Part shown: positions 25,101 through 33,864 of the stretch, in pieces
Position numbering within the stretch: position 1 is the stretch's first letter
How the letters are laid out: each line of letters begins with the position of its first letter
Assembly: GCA_964035545.1 (NCBI GenBank)
Contig: OZ037766.1
Span: 744,001-808,000 of the forward strand
Direction: 5' to 3'
From: Bugula neritina
Taxonomy: Eukaryota > Animalia > Bryozoa
DNA length: 64,000 bases
Notes under the pieces: model-generated
The model's input: only the letters and a program-made list of their open reading frames with translations
What the model was told of the DNA's origin: nothing
The model's database searches: none
Made by a program: the position numbers and the translations under genes

Positions 25101-26141
25101 ACTCTGTATACTCTACTCTGTATACTCTACTCTGTATACTCTACTCTGTATACTCTACTCTCTATACTCTACTCTCTATACTCTACTCTGTATACTCTAC
25201 TCTGTATACTCTACTCTGTATACTCTACTCTGTATACTCTACTCTGTATACTCTACTCTGTATACTCTACTCTGTATACTCTGTATACTCTACTCTGTAT
25301 ACTCTACTCTGTATACTCTACTCTGTATACTCTACTCTGTATACTCTACTCTCTATACTCTACTCTCTATACTCTACTCTGTATACTCTGTATACTCTAC
25401 TCTGTATACTCTACTCTGTATACTCTACTCTGTATACTCTACTCTCTATACTCTACTCTGTAGAAAAGCAGACGTACCTAAACAGGAAACAGCCGACTAG
25501 AGCTGCCAGCCGGGTTCCGATTCTCTTCTCCAGAAGCCCGCCAAAGTACATGGCCGCCCCCTGACCAAAGACGTTGAGCCCAAACACCCACACCGTGTCA
25601 CTGTATTCAAGGGTGGAGGGGGAGGAATAGGTCCGGATGTAGGACGTTACGTAGGGGTTGAGGTTACCTGGAAGGGGATGGACAAACAGACAGAGTGAGT
25701 CATATGAAAAGAATGATAAGAATTACGTTCTGAGTTTAGTTTACTTTGATAAAATAGCAAATTATTATATTATATAACTAAAATATTGTATATAATGAGT
25801 ATTATATACTATTTATTATCTTATATGGTGTAATTGATAATACTTATAACATAGAACAATATATTATGTAACATTTTAGATACTTACAACTAGACATTTA
25901 AGAACCCCTAGTCATTAGATTAGTTCCTTTGATTCTGCATGAGAATAACATTGTATTTTTTTTGAGATAGTCCTAGAGGGAGTTACCCTATAATACCATC
26001 ACACCAGGAGTTTGAGAAAGGCTGTAGTCATACTGACATGTGGAATATAAATTAGCCCTCACCCCAGCAATACAGAGTACCCAGTGTGAGGTGTATCAGT
26101 AGGCCCCCAAACACTGAGAGATATCCTTTGTAAGAAGTCAT
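13167..26141 (-). CDS. MFS transporter, oxalate:formate antiporter (OFA/OxlT)-like, paralogue 1; exons 26141-26063, 25667-25478, 16667-16541, 15989-15835, 15666-15496, 14635-14245, 14170-13949, 13644-13545, 13222-13167
   Basis: GGLLIHLTLGTLYCWGNLNPYVTSY, GGLLEKRIGTR, WFPQHKGVASGFIVAGTGVGAFIF, NGVGRISWGFVADK, FSGNFSLFPT motifs; all junctions GT-AG and in phase; intron 2 contains LTR element A. Confidence 0.9.
13340..13535. repeat. Degenerate GTAGCAGGTGACA-type tandem repeat
   Basis: Intronic, next to the donor at 13544. Confidence 0.85.
15165..15480. repeat. 19-bp minisatellite (TGTCACACATGCAGACA[A/G]G)
   Basis: About 16 copies next to the donor at 15495. Confidence 0.92.
15689..15815. repeat. 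28-bp tandem repeat (GAGTGTGAACTCGAGAGAGAGAAGATCT)
   Basis: About 4.5 copies in a 168-bp intron. Confidence 0.92.
16108..16487. mobile_element. Non-autonomous PIF/Harbinger-type MITE
   Basis: TIRs AGGCCTGGCCTCA...GTGAGAATCACACG / CGTGTGATTCTCAC...TGAGGCCAGGCCT; TAA on both flanks (TWA TSD). Confidence 0.85.
16661..16820. repeat. 21-bp tandem repeat duplicating the 3' splice site of MFS1 exon 3
   Basis: About 7.5 copies of GCTGA[T/C]ACTAAAACACACA[G/A]T; minus strand TGTGTTTTAG|T[A/G]TCAGC. Confidence 0.9.
17013..17318 (+). repeat. 5' LTR of element A
   Basis: TGTGGTGG...CTATAACA; same sequence at 24245-24550 and inverted at 26666-26971 and 33898-34203. Confidence 0.98.
17320..17337 (+). promoter_or_regulatory. 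Primer-binding site, complementary to the tRNA-Leu 3' end
   Basis: TGGTGGCAGCGGTGGGAT 1 nt after the LTR; complement of ...AUCCCACCGCUGCCACCA of eukaryotic tRNA-Leu(AAG/UAG). Confidence 0.9.
17352..18218 (+). CDS. gag: Gag (capsid-like), element A
   Basis: First ORF after the PBS; KAPTFTGSEDVEQFIQEF...W retrotransposon gag signature; no CCHC knuckle visible. Confidence 0.9.
   Translation: METENARMQPPPVEGERRNAVNPVNREAEEAYRHCLKAPTFTGSEDVEQFIQEFREVMEVAQWPHRVALIQLRRAVTEQAKPYGVGTDVDGILAALRARFGTSVIDARTKLERLCRTPRTSLQEHAATVKKLAQIAYSDLPAQHQERYTYDAFVQSLNDLGLDHHLRAKGITRIEDALKAGEAYLLATQMHQAQRNPPVVGVSAARATTGSEALPLEAEVDRMVEMLGQLVTILASAGPGQALRMPPTSVGQGWSSADQDQGPKGRPQYQGALNCHGPRTHSLPAGRN
18167..18224 (+). 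other. -1 programmed ribosomal frameshift signal (slippery G-TTA-AAC plus stem-loop/pseudoknot)
   Basis: Pol frame is -1 to gag and open from 18125; heptamer 18167-18173, 5-nt spacer, 10-bp GC stem 18179-18188/18202-18211, loop ACTCC complementary to GGAGT at 18220-18224. Confidence 0.8.
18392..22876 (+). CDS. pol: Pol polyprotein (aspartic protease, RT, RNase H, integrase), element A; frame open from 18125
   Basis: LLDSGC protease; RFCVDYRKLN, PFGL, YLDD RT; DTDAS, TDH RNase H; H-x4-H...CEIC zinc motif, D-D-E (VDLVG, SDQG, ERNN), KLKPKFVGPY integrase. Confidence 0.98.
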   Translation: MEPEGPVERPEPRRHQPRRRKPRKPRVKPPPSCQPRTTHAGGVKVQPHGESYFLPGKVAGNAVTFLLDSGCTTNLLSRRVFEALPRRDRDRVRPYTGEHGTLADGSCIPFYGIIELPGRVRDQAVQETFIIGQLEEDAILGMPFLKQHQCRIDFSKSVVLMGGRELACVDKFGRPLVGGVQVVRNCTVPGRSRATIHCRVNSNRIARLGVVEGAHERIQLASSLNRLTERGEVLVQCVNPFTEPIELPAGSMLGRFHSVQEEDVGPSLGDATEAPPRHPIQGRGAVPTHLRELYETASGGCASNRERQAMAKLLRDYGDVFSSGEHDVGLTGIVRHEIPLTAGTAPVRQPTRRLGPEKEKEVSRQVRDLLDRGLIEPAHSAWSSPVVLVRKKDGSWRFCVDYRKLNSVTIQDAYPLPRIDESLDALAGSKYFSTLDLLSGYWQVPLSPDAQEKAAFITRDGLWKWKVLPFGLTSAPATFQRLMEQVLSGLHWKTLLVYLDDVIVISPDFETHVSRLQEVFERLRGAGLKLKPSKCALLQPEVKYLGHVVGRNGVATDPEKVRAVEDWVTPQDLTGLRAFLGLVGYYRQYIPDFAGIAQPLNRLTAKGVTWQWTPVEQEAFDRLKGCLLTAPILAYPDPTLEYILDTDASDQNVGAVLSQVQEGREVVVAYYSKSLSPAERNYCTTRKELLAVIKSVKHFRPYLYGRKFRLRTDHASLIWLCKRAEPSSQVARWLEILAEFSYRIEHRPGKRHSNADGLSRRPDGGCKQCLNIERRDGGPPRCELETLAHHGAPFDWDQGQLRQRVDESPEDVQNLRANPVLAGNVRELKKLQEELPGVVADIYRAKREGRRPSEERIRQGCAEFRLYCQRWDSLRIGQDGLLTISLAASGRHPERKRVVCPTAIRRELIWDTHKQAHAGVKRVISKLRLRWYWPQMERDVRLRVKQCEICQASKHSRPPGEAGRRRLYAGRPWQVVAVDLVGPMPLTPRGNNWILVLTDHFTRWADALAIPDASAPTVARALDQHVFCYFGLPEQIHSDQGAQFQSQLMSDLCHLWGVNQSRTTPYHPQGNGVVERNNRMLGDALRSLLLGRGQEEWDTVLPQVMRAYRSTPHTSTGETPNLLMLGRETRVPDHLTYHVPEQDNSVHEYASELVERMKAAHDILRQQQWKVRHEDSDEPPLYQRGDKVWMVNYRRRRGQADKLKPKFVGPYVVVEAMPNHTYKIERSGQVSIQNESRLKPYWASPDGVGEAPPLLEPRRQTTTRGRRRRGPEYEVVIPREENLVREERQLLSTEACPPPPSLIPSLPETEPVPEVQTPTEGGAPSGEQEEVTTNGEVETPLEAPTNEPASVSSREQEEVTTNGEVETPLEAPTNEPASVSPPLERGQRTRKPPPYLKDFICDCIRSGAHESLGENRTMKCWSCEPHANINFCEGGIVGGINARKANSSDLVPQKRCSAFSYADIAKGRRIPQPAPTLPRTLSMDINTEFSGKPV
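22368..22530 (+). repeat. In-frame direct duplication in the pol C-terminal tail (EQEEVTTNGEVETPLEAPTNEPASVS x2)
   Basis: Two near-identical copies with 84-bp period. Confidence 0.9.
22894..23967 (+). CDS. ORF3 of element A: zinc-finger/coiled-coil accessory protein (not env)
   Basis: 357-aa ORF between pol and PPT; C-x2-C-x12-H-x3-H and C-x-C-x12-H-x5-C; PRVVL; C-terminal heptads; no signal peptide or TM; homologous to ORF at 62739-63611. Confidence 0.9.
   Translation: METGSMPVNSELIQQIESELLGTTFHVNDDEDTVMADGLLDLELDTVLGQSTHDSSVPRVHSKSCDSQASNGRQSLELCCKDPPRSNNNSTFVDTLAPVSTGMPSLEMAWDPEPAPTTPTTRQLPPQLEATSNWITPATEREIRTHQGGESNRECNLCQQRFTTHRRLKVHLPQHYITTFCPCGEYSYNRDYLLRHQRTMQCYQGHVYEVDESSYPAFLNAIKPLITDSARLSRLEQGFPSPRPITSGATDKPTQSANSPPHSPIRMPHTFPRVVLQRVDTNAYTLPPPIPSSERKRHRQPTSSRSSPWARNLREVEARAHDLEQEVYRLAPRIQAASSELKYLQESIKRMKRAARN
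24213..24244 (+). promoter_or_regulatory. Hairpin plus polypurine tract before the 3' LTR
   Basis: CAGAAAG-TGGG-CTTTCTG then GGAGGGGGCAG immediately before the LTR TG. Confidence 0.8.
24245..24550 (+). repeat. 3' LTR of element A
   Basis: Matches the 5' LTR; followed by TSD CTAG. Confidence 0.98.
24841..25461. repeat. 14-bp minisatellite (TATACTCTACTCTG) with 9-bp variants
   Basis: More than 40 copies next to the MFS1 exon 2 donor. Confidence 0.95.
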
Positions 26142-27248
26142 ACTCTCAGACTATAGTTTGAAGTTTCAGCAGCTGTAAGCAAGTTCTAGCTAAAATAGGA
26201 AAATATAATATAGTGTGGTTAAAATAGTAAGAGTTGAATGTGTTACATATGAATTGTATTTATGATAATGACATGTACATAATAAAACCTTAGTGGGATT
26301 ATGGTTATTCCAGATATGAAATTAATCGGAAACAATTTAGTTCAAAAATGTCCAAGCAGTAAACCTAGAACCCCAGACTATTATCACAGAAAGGCAGAAT
26401 ATTGCCAGCTGATTTACCATATAGGTACACCCTGTGGATTAACTTTACTCAAAATGAAGTGTTTGAGAAGGCTCAACTGTCCCTAGGGTTCGAACCCAAT
26501 TAAATGGAAAATATTTAAAATTATTTTACATCTCACTACATAGAAAAATGATAACTATATTATATGCAGGCAGAATACATATTACTTTACTATTAATATT
26601 AGAAGATTAGCATTGGATTTTACCCAAACTATTATTATTCTTAGCTGGGATGTAATTACAACTATTGTTATAGTTTTCAGATTTAGGGTTGATGTGTCAC
26701 CAAGAGAGTCTATTTATCACTAGAGAAACTTCACCGTGTTAAGTCGAGTAGATATCGTTATATTTTAATACAAGAATACATAATAAAATTTAAGGTACAA
26801 CAGTAATGATACGCACGTCTATTTAATTTACAGCACTATCCTCAACTGAGCTAGTAGCGCGAAGCGGCTACTATTACTTATCAAACAGCTTAGTTAATTG
26901 GCTAATACATTGTTCCGGGTCAATACGCAACCTTGCGTATTGTGTTGCTGGTAGCTCCACGAGCCACCACACTGCCCCCTCCAGCAGAAAGCCCACTTTC
27001 TGATAAAATAAGATTCACAAAAAAAAACGTATACTTCGTTGGGGGGTAAGAGAACAATATAAAAGTATATAATATATATAAAAAAAAAACAACAACTGGT
27101 AAAAAAAATATACAGGTATATATATCGTGCACTAAGTAATAAGCAAGAGAAGGTCCTATCTACATATAGAGTACGTGCCACCATTACGGTAGGGAATGCC
27201 ACAGAGAGGTAGGGGAATGAGTAGTAGGGAGTGGTAGGTAGACTCGAG

Positions 27249-28322
27249 TTAATTGCGGGCCGCACGCTTCATGCGTTTAATCGACTCCTGTAAGTATTTG
27301 AGTTCACTGGAGGCTGCTTGTATTCGTGGGGCCAGCCTGTAGACTTCTTGCTCCAAGTCATGCGCCCTAGCTTCTACCTCACGTAGGTTACGGGCCCAGG
27401 GGGACGAGCGAGAGGAAGTTGGTTGCCTGTGTCGTTTCCGCTCTGAGGATGGAATAGGAGGAGGGAGTGTGTACGCATTTGTGTCTACTCTCTGTAGTAC
27501 GACACGAGGAAAGGTATGCGGCATGCGTATAGGACTGTGAGGTGGAGAGTTAGCAGACTGGGTAGGTTTATCTGTAGCTCCAGAGGTGATAGGTCGCGGG
27601 GAAGGGAAGCCTTGCTCCAGGCGAGATAGCCGAGCTGAGTCAGTGATGAGTGGTTTAATGGCGTTGAGAAAGGCAGGATAGGATGATTCGTCTACTTCAT
27701 AGACATGTCCTTGATAGCACTGCATAGTACGTTGGTGCCGCAGCAGATAATCACGGTTATAGCTATATTCGCCGCAAGGGCAGAAAGTGGTGATGTAATG
27801 CTGCGGCAAGTGCACCTTTAGTCTGCGGTGGGTTGTGAATCGCTGCTGGCAGAGGTTGCATTCACGATTACTCTCACCTCCTTGATGGGTCCTGATTTCC
27901 CTCTCTGTGGCAGGGGTAATCCAGTTGGAGGTTGCTTCCAACTGAGGTGGCAGTTGCCTGGTGGTAGGAGTTGTTGGGGCCGGCTCTGGGTCCCACGCCA
28001 TCTCTAGAGAAGGCATGCCCGTAGAGACGGGCGCGAGTGTGTCTACAAAAGTAGAATTATTGTTAGATCGCGGTGGATCTTTACAACATAATTCTAGTGA
28101 CTGTCGACCGTTGCTAGCCTGAGAGTCACAGCTTTTGGAATGCACTCGAGGAACTGATGAATCATGTGTGGACTGACCAAGAACAGTGTCTAGCTCCAGG
28201 TCTAAAAGACCGTCGGCCATTACAGTGTCTTCATCGTCATTCACATGAAACGTGGTTCCCAGTAATTCTGATTCAATCTGCTGAATTAGTTCAGAATTTA
28301 CTGGCATCGAGCCCGTTTCCAT
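27249..28322 (-). CDS. ORF3 zinc-finger/coiled-coil protein, element B
   Basis: Translation identical to 22894-23967. Confidence 0.9.
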   Translation of the reverse strand: METGSMPVNSELIQQIESELLGTTFHVNDDEDTVMADGLLDLELDTVLGQSTHDSSVPRVHSKSCDSQASNGRQSLELCCKDPPRSNNNSTFVDTLAPVSTGMPSLEMAWDPEPAPTTPTTRQLPPQLEATSNWITPATEREIRTHQGGESNRECNLCQQRFTTHRRLKVHLPQHYITTFCPCGEYSYNRDYLLRHQRTMQCYQGHVYEVDESSYPAFLNAIKPLITDSARLSRLEQGFPSPRPITSGATDKPTQSANSPPHSPIRMPHTFPRVVLQRVDTNAYTLPPPIPSSERKRHRQPTSSRSSPWARNLREVEARAHDLEQEVYRLAPRIQAASSELKYLQESIKRMKRAARN

Positions 28323-28339
28323 GAATAGGAATACAAGAC

Positions 28340-31300
28340 TTATACTGGCTTACCTGAGAACTCGGTATTAATGTCCATACTCAACGTTCTTGGTAAGGTT
28401 GGAGCTGGTTGTGGGATACGTCTGCCTTTGGCGATGTCAGCATAAGAAAAGGCTGAGCATCGTTTCTGAGGCACGAGGTCGGAACTATTTGCTTTACGCG
28501 CATTAATTCCTCCCACTATTCCGCCCTCGCAAAAGTTGATATTTGCGTGGGGTTCACAACTCCAACATTTCATCGTACGGTTTTCCCCTAGACTTTCATG
28601 TGCGCCGCTTCTAATGCAGTCACATATGAAGTCTTTCAAATACGGTGGGGGCTTCCTCGTACGCTGTCCCCTTTCTAGGGGGGGTGACACGCTTGCCGGT
28701 TCGTTAGTAGGGGCCTCTAATGGCGTCTCTACTTCACCGTTAGTGGTCACCTCTTCTTGTTCTCTGGATGACACGCTTGCCGGTTCGTTAGTAGGAGCCT
28801 CTAATGGCGTCTCTACTTCACCGTTAGTGGTCACCTCTTCTTGTTCTCCGGATGGAGCCCCTCCCTCCGTGGGGGTTTGCACTTCCGGAACCGGCTCGGT
28901 TTCTGGAAGTGATGGAATTAGACTTGGCGGCGGCGGACACGCTTCTGTTGACAAAAGCTGCCGCTCCTCTCTCACCAAGTTTTCCTCCCGCGGTATGACC
29001 ACTTCGTATTCAGGTCCACGCCGCCGTCGCCCGCGCGTCGTTGTCTGCCTCCTGGGCTCTAACAACGGGGGGGCTTCTCCCACTCCGTCAGGGCTAGCCC
29101 AATACGGTTTCAAGCGAGACTCATTCTGGATAGACACCTGTCCTGAGCGCTCAATCTTGTACGTATGATTGGGCATAGCCTCGACGACCACGTAGGGGCC
29201 TACGAACTTAGGCTTCAGCTTATCAGCCTGTCCGCGGCGCCTACGGTAATTGACCATCCACACCTTATCTCCCCTTTGATAGAGCGGGGGTTCATCGGAA
29301 TCTTCGTGCCGCACCTTCCACTGCTGTTGACGCAGTATATCGTGTGCGGCCTTCATCCGTTCCACTAGTTCACTGGCATACTCGTGAACCGAGTTGTCTT
29401 GCTCGGGAACGTGATAGGTGAGATGGTCAGGGACACGAGTCTCTCTCCCGAGCATCAAGAGGTTTGGGGTCTCACCAGTACTGGTGTGTGGGGTGCTACG
29501 GTATGCCCGCATGACCTGTGGCAACACCGTATCCCATTCCTCTTGACCTCGTCCAAGGAGGAGACTCCGGAGCGCATCACCTAGCATTCGGTTGTTGCGC
29601 TCCACCACCCCATTACCTTGAGGGTGGTAGGGGGTGGTCCTGCTCTGATTTACTCCCCAGAGGTGACAAAGGTCGCTCATCAGTTGAGACTGGAATTGAG
29701 CGCCTTGATCAGAGTGTATCTGTTCGGGAAGCCCAAAATAACAGAATACATGTTGGTCTAGTGCCCTGGCCACTGTTGGGGCTGATGCATCTGGGATGGC
29801 CAGAGCATCCGCCCACCTAGTAAAGTGGTCGGTTAGTACTAGGATCCAATTATTGCCTCTGGGGGTCAGGGGCATGGGTCCGACCAGGTCTACAGCGACT
29901 ACTTGCCAGGGCCTGCCAGCATATAGCCTCCGCCGTCCTGCTTCACCAGGGGGGCGGCTATGCTTACTGGCCTGGCAGATCTCACACTGTTTGACTCTGA
30001 GCCGGACGTCACGCTCCATCTGCGGCCAATACCACCGGAGTCGTAATTTGGATATCACTCGCTTGACCCCTGCGTGGGCCTGCTTGTGAGTATCCCAAAT
30101 CAACTCACGGCGGATGGCTGTGGGGCAGACTACCCTCTTCCTTTCCGGGTGTCTGCCGCTGGCAGCTAGAGAGATGGTTAGCAACCCATCCTGCCCGATC
30201 CGCAGCGAGTCCCAACGCTGACAGTATAGCCGGAACTCGGCGCATCCCTGTCTTATGCGTTCCTCGCTGGGTCGTCGCCCTTCCCGTTTGGCCCGGTATA
30301 TGTCTGCCACGACTCCAGGCAGTTCTTCTTGGAGCTTCTTCAGCTCTCGAACATTACCGGCCAGTACAGGGTTGGCGCGGAGGTTTTGCACATCCTCCGG
30401 GGACTCATCAACTCTCTGCCTGAGTTGACCTTGATCCCAGTCAAACGGTGCTCCGTGATGAGCCAGCGTCTCCAACTCGCATCGCGGGGGACCTCCATCC
30501 CTCCTCTCGATGTTGAGACACTGTTTGCAACCTCCGTCAGGTCGGCGACTCAACCCATCCGCATTGCTGTGTCTCTTGCCCGGTCGATGTTCGATCCGGT
30601 ATGAGAATTCAGCTAGGATTTCGAGCCACCGGGCGACCTGACTAGAGGGCTCTGCTCTCTTGCACAACCAGATCAGCGAGGCATGATCCGTACGCAGCCG
30701 GAACTTCCTGCCATATAGGTATGGTCTGAAGTGCTTCACTGACTTGATTACTGCCAGCAGCTCCTTGCGGGTAGTGCAGTAATTTCGTTCAGCGGGAGAG
30801 AGAGACTTGCTGTAGTAGGCTACTACTACTTCTCGGCCTTCCTGCACTTGTGACAGCACGGCGCCAACATTCTGGTCACTGGCGTCCGTGTCTAGGATGT
30901 ACTCCAGAGTGGGGTCTGGGTAGGCCAAGATGGGCGCCGTTAGTAGGCAACCCTTGAGGCGGTCGAACGCTTCTTGTTCGACTGGGGTCCACTGCCACGT
31001 CACTCCCTTTGCGGTGAGCCGGTTTAACGGCTGGGCTATGCCCGCAAAGTCTGGTATGTATTGCCTGTAATACCCTACCAGCCCCAAGAAAGCCCGGAGT
31101 CCGGTCAAGTCTTGGGGGGTGACCCAGTCTTCTACCGCCCGTACCTTTTCGGGATCCGTTGCCACGCCGTTTCGACCGACAACGTGCCCCAGGTACTTGA
31201 CCTCCGGCTGCAATAGAGCGCATTTGGAAGGTTTGAGCTTGAGACCGGCACCTCGGAGTCTCTCGAAAACCTCCTGCAGACGACTGACATGTGTCTCGAA

Positions 31301-32824
31301 GTCTGGAGAGATTACGATGACATCATCGAGGTAGACCAGCAGTGTCTTCCAATGGAGTCCGCTAAGGACTTGTTCCATCAGCCTCTGGAAGGTGGCTGGG
31401 GCGGAGGTTAGCCCGAAGGGCAGCACCTTCCACTTCCACAAACCGTCCCGTGTGATAAACGCCGCTTTCTCTTGGGCGTCGGGACTCAGAGGAACCTGCC
31501 AATAGCCGCTTAGCAAGTCTAACGTACTGAAGTACTTGCTGCCGGCTAGGGCGTCCAATGACTCGTCAATACGAGGTAGAGGGTAGGCGTCCTGTATGGT
31601 TACGCTATTGAGTTTGCGGTAGTCCACACAGAACCGCCAACTGCCGTCTTTCTTCCGGACCAGTACGACTGGCGAGCTCCACGCACTATGGGCGGGCTCT
31701 ATCAGTCCCCGGTCCAGAAGATCCCGTACTTGTCGGCTAACCTCCTTCTCTTTCTCCGGCCCCAGCCTGCGTGTGGGCTGCCGGACAGGAGCTGTCCCTG
31801 CAGTCAGCGGTATTTCGTGTCTGACAATTCCAGTCAGCCCCACGTCATGCTCTCCGCTGCTGAACACATCGCCGTAGTCGCGTAGTAACTTAGCCATAGC
31901 TTGGCGTTCTCTGTTACTCGCGCAGCCGCCACTGGCTGTTTCATATAACTCCCGGAGATGTGTTGGGACTGCCCCTCGTCCCTGAATAGGGTGTCGAGGG
32001 GGTGCCTCCGTCGCGTCACCCAGCGACGGGCCCACGTCCTCTTCCTGGACGGAGTGGAACCGGCCCAGCATTGACCCAGCTGGGAGCTCAATGGGCTCAG
32101 TAAAGGGGTTGACACACTGCACTAAGACCTCCCCTCGCTCAGTTAGTCGGTTTAAACTACTGGCGAGTTGGATCCTTTCGTGCGCGCCTTCAACGACCCC
32201 GAGCCTGGCTATCCGGTTGCTGTTCACTCGGCAGTGGATAGTAGCTCTGGAGCGTCCGGGTACGGTGCAGTTCCGAACTACCTGAACACCGCCCACCAGA
32301 GGACGCCCAAACTTATCCACACAGGCGAGTTCTCGCCCGCCCATCAGCACCACCGACTTACTAAAGTCGATTCGGCATTGGTGTTGCTTCAAGAAGGGCA
32401 TGCCGAGGATAGCATCTTCCTCCAGTTGACCTATGATAAAGGTCTCCTGTACAGCCTGATCTCGGACACGCCCAGGGAGCTCGATAATACCATAAAAGGG
32501 GATACATGACCCGTCTGCCAGGGTGCCATGTTCTCCAGTATACGGTCGTACTCTATCCCTGTCCCGGCGGGGCAGTGCCTCAAAGACTCTACGACTGAGA
32601 AGGTTGGTAGTACAACCGGAGTCGAGCAGGAAAGTGACGGCATTGCCGGCCACCTTTCCGGGTAGGAAATAGCTCTCTCCATGTGGTTGTACTTTCACCC
32701 CCCCCGCATGTGTTGTCCTGGGTTGACAGGACGGCGGGGGTTTCACCCGTGGTTTACGGGGCTTCCGGCGGCGAGGTTGGTGCCGGCGGGGTTCGGGCCT
32801 CTCCACTGGGCCTTCTGGCTCCAT
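28340..32824 (-). CDS. pol: Pol polyprotein, element B
   Basis: Translation identical to copy A. Confidence 0.98.
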   Translation of the reverse strand: MEPEGPVERPEPRRHQPRRRKPRKPRVKPPPSCQPRTTHAGGVKVQPHGESYFLPGKVAGNAVTFLLDSGCTTNLLSRRVFEALPRRDRDRVRPYTGEHGTLADGSCIPFYGIIELPGRVRDQAVQETFIIGQLEEDAILGMPFLKQHQCRIDFSKSVVLMGGRELACVDKFGRPLVGGVQVVRNCTVPGRSRATIHCRVNSNRIARLGVVEGAHERIQLASSLNRLTERGEVLVQCVNPFTEPIELPAGSMLGRFHSVQEEDVGPSLGDATEAPPRHPIQGRGAVPTHLRELYETASGGCASNRERQAMAKLLRDYGDVFSSGEHDVGLTGIVRHEIPLTAGTAPVRQPTRRLGPEKEKEVSRQVRDLLDRGLIEPAHSAWSSPVVLVRKKDGSWRFCVDYRKLNSVTIQDAYPLPRIDESLDALAGSKYFSTLDLLSGYWQVPLSPDAQEKAAFITRDGLWKWKVLPFGLTSAPATFQRLMEQVLSGLHWKTLLVYLDDVIVISPDFETHVSRLQEVFERLRGAGLKLKPSKCALLQPEVKYLGHVVGRNGVATDPEKVRAVEDWVTPQDLTGLRAFLGLVGYYRQYIPDFAGIAQPLNRLTAKGVTWQWTPVEQEAFDRLKGCLLTAPILAYPDPTLEYILDTDASDQNVGAVLSQVQEGREVVVAYYSKSLSPAERNYCTTRKELLAVIKSVKHFRPYLYGRKFRLRTDHASLIWLCKRAEPSSQVARWLEILAEFSYRIEHRPGKRHSNADGLSRRPDGGCKQCLNIERRDGGPPRCELETLAHHGAPFDWDQGQLRQRVDESPEDVQNLRANPVLAGNVRELKKLQEELPGVVADIYRAKREGRRPSEERIRQGCAEFRLYCQRWDSLRIGQDGLLTISLAASGRHPERKRVVCPTAIRRELIWDTHKQAHAGVKRVISKLRLRWYWPQMERDVRLRVKQCEICQASKHSRPPGEAGRRRLYAGRPWQVVAVDLVGPMPLTPRGNNWILVLTDHFTRWADALAIPDASAPTVARALDQHVFCYFGLPEQIHSDQGAQFQSQLMSDLCHLWGVNQSRTTPYHPQGNGVVERNNRMLGDALRSLLLGRGQEEWDTVLPQVMRAYRSTPHTSTGETPNLLMLGRETRVPDHLTYHVPEQDNSVHEYASELVERMKAAHDILRQQQWKVRHEDSDEPPLYQRGDKVWMVNYRRRRGQADKLKPKFVGPYVVVEAMPNHTYKIERSGQVSIQNESRLKPYWASPDGVGEAPPLLEPRRQTTTRGRRRRGPEYEVVIPREENLVREERQLLSTEACPPPPSLIPSLPETEPVPEVQTPTEGGAPSGEQEEVTTNGEVETPLEAPTNEPASVSSREQEEVTTNGEVETPLEAPTNEPASVSPPLERGQRTRKPPPYLKDFICDCIRSGAHESLGENRTMKCWSCEPHANINFCEGGIVGGINARKANSSDLVPQKRCSAFSYADIAKGRRIPQPAPTLPRTLSMDINTEFSGKPV

Positions 32825-32997
32825 TTCAGTGGCGGGCTCCTCTTCCCGAGGTAACCGGTGAAACCGGTTAGTGAGTGGCAGGGAGAAGGTACTTGGCCGT
32901 TGTGCGGGCCTACTAGTCCTGCGTGGTACCTGCCACTCGGGTGGAGCGTTCCGTCGTGTCCGTACGGACAGGCGACGGCGTTTCCCACCATACTCCT

Positions 32998-33864
32998 TTA
33001 GTTGCGGCCCGCGGGGAGGGAGTGTGTCCGCGGGCCGTGACAGTTTAACGCCCCCTGGTATTGGGGTCGTCCTTTCGGTCCCTGGTCCTGATCAGCGCTA
33101 CTCCAGCCCTGTCCCACAGACGTTGGGGGCATCCGTAATGCCTGACCGGGGCCAGCACTGGCCAGAATGGTTACCAATTGTCCCAGCATCTCTACCATGC
33201 GGTCCACTTCGGCTTCCAGCGGGAGGGCTTCGGAGCCTGTCGTAGCCCTGGCAGCGCTGACTCCGACTACTGGGGGGTTCCTTTGTGCCTGATGCATTTG
33301 GGTAGCCAACAGGTAAGCTTCTCCAGCCTTCAGGGCATCCTCTATTCTGGTTATCCCTTTAGCTCGTAGGTGATGGTCTAGGCCCAGGTCGTTTAGGGAC
33401 TGGACAAAGGCGTCATAGGTGTAACGCTCTTGGTGTTGTGCTGGCAGATCGCTATATGCAATCTGCGCCAGCTTCTTCACCGTCGCGGCATGTTCCTGCA
33501 GCGAGGTCCGCGGGGTGCGGCACAATCTCTCCAGCTTGGTCCTAGCGTCTATGACGGAGGTGCCAAAACGGGCCCGCAGCGCAGCCAGTATGCCGTCCAC
33601 GTCCGTTCCCACTCCGTACGGCTTGGCTTGCTCCGTCACCGCTCTCCGCAATTGAATGAGGGCCACTCTATGCGGCCATTGAGCAACCTCCATTACCTCT
33701 CTAAATTCTTGTATAAATTGTTCGACATCTTCCGACCCAGTAAAGGTGGGAGCTTTCAAGCAATGTCTATAAGCTTCTTCTGCCTCACGATTTACAGGAT
33801 TAACAGCATTTCTACGCTCACCTTCTACTGGGGGTGGTTGCATTCTAGCATTTTCAGTCTCCAT
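32998..33864 (-). CDS. gag: Gag, element B
   Basis: Translation identical to copy A. Confidence 0.9.
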   Translation of the reverse strand: METENARMQPPPVEGERRNAVNPVNREAEEAYRHCLKAPTFTGSEDVEQFIQEFREVMEVAQWPHRVALIQLRRAVTEQAKPYGVGTDVDGILAALRARFGTSVIDARTKLERLCRTPRTSLQEHAATVKKLAQIAYSDLPAQHQERYTYDAFVQSLNDLGLDHHLRAKGITRIEDALKAGEAYLLATQMHQAQRNPPVVGVSAARATTGSEALPLEAEVDRMVEMLGQLVTILASAGPGQALRMPPTSVGQGWSSADQDQGPKGRPQYQGALNCHGPRTHSLPAGRN

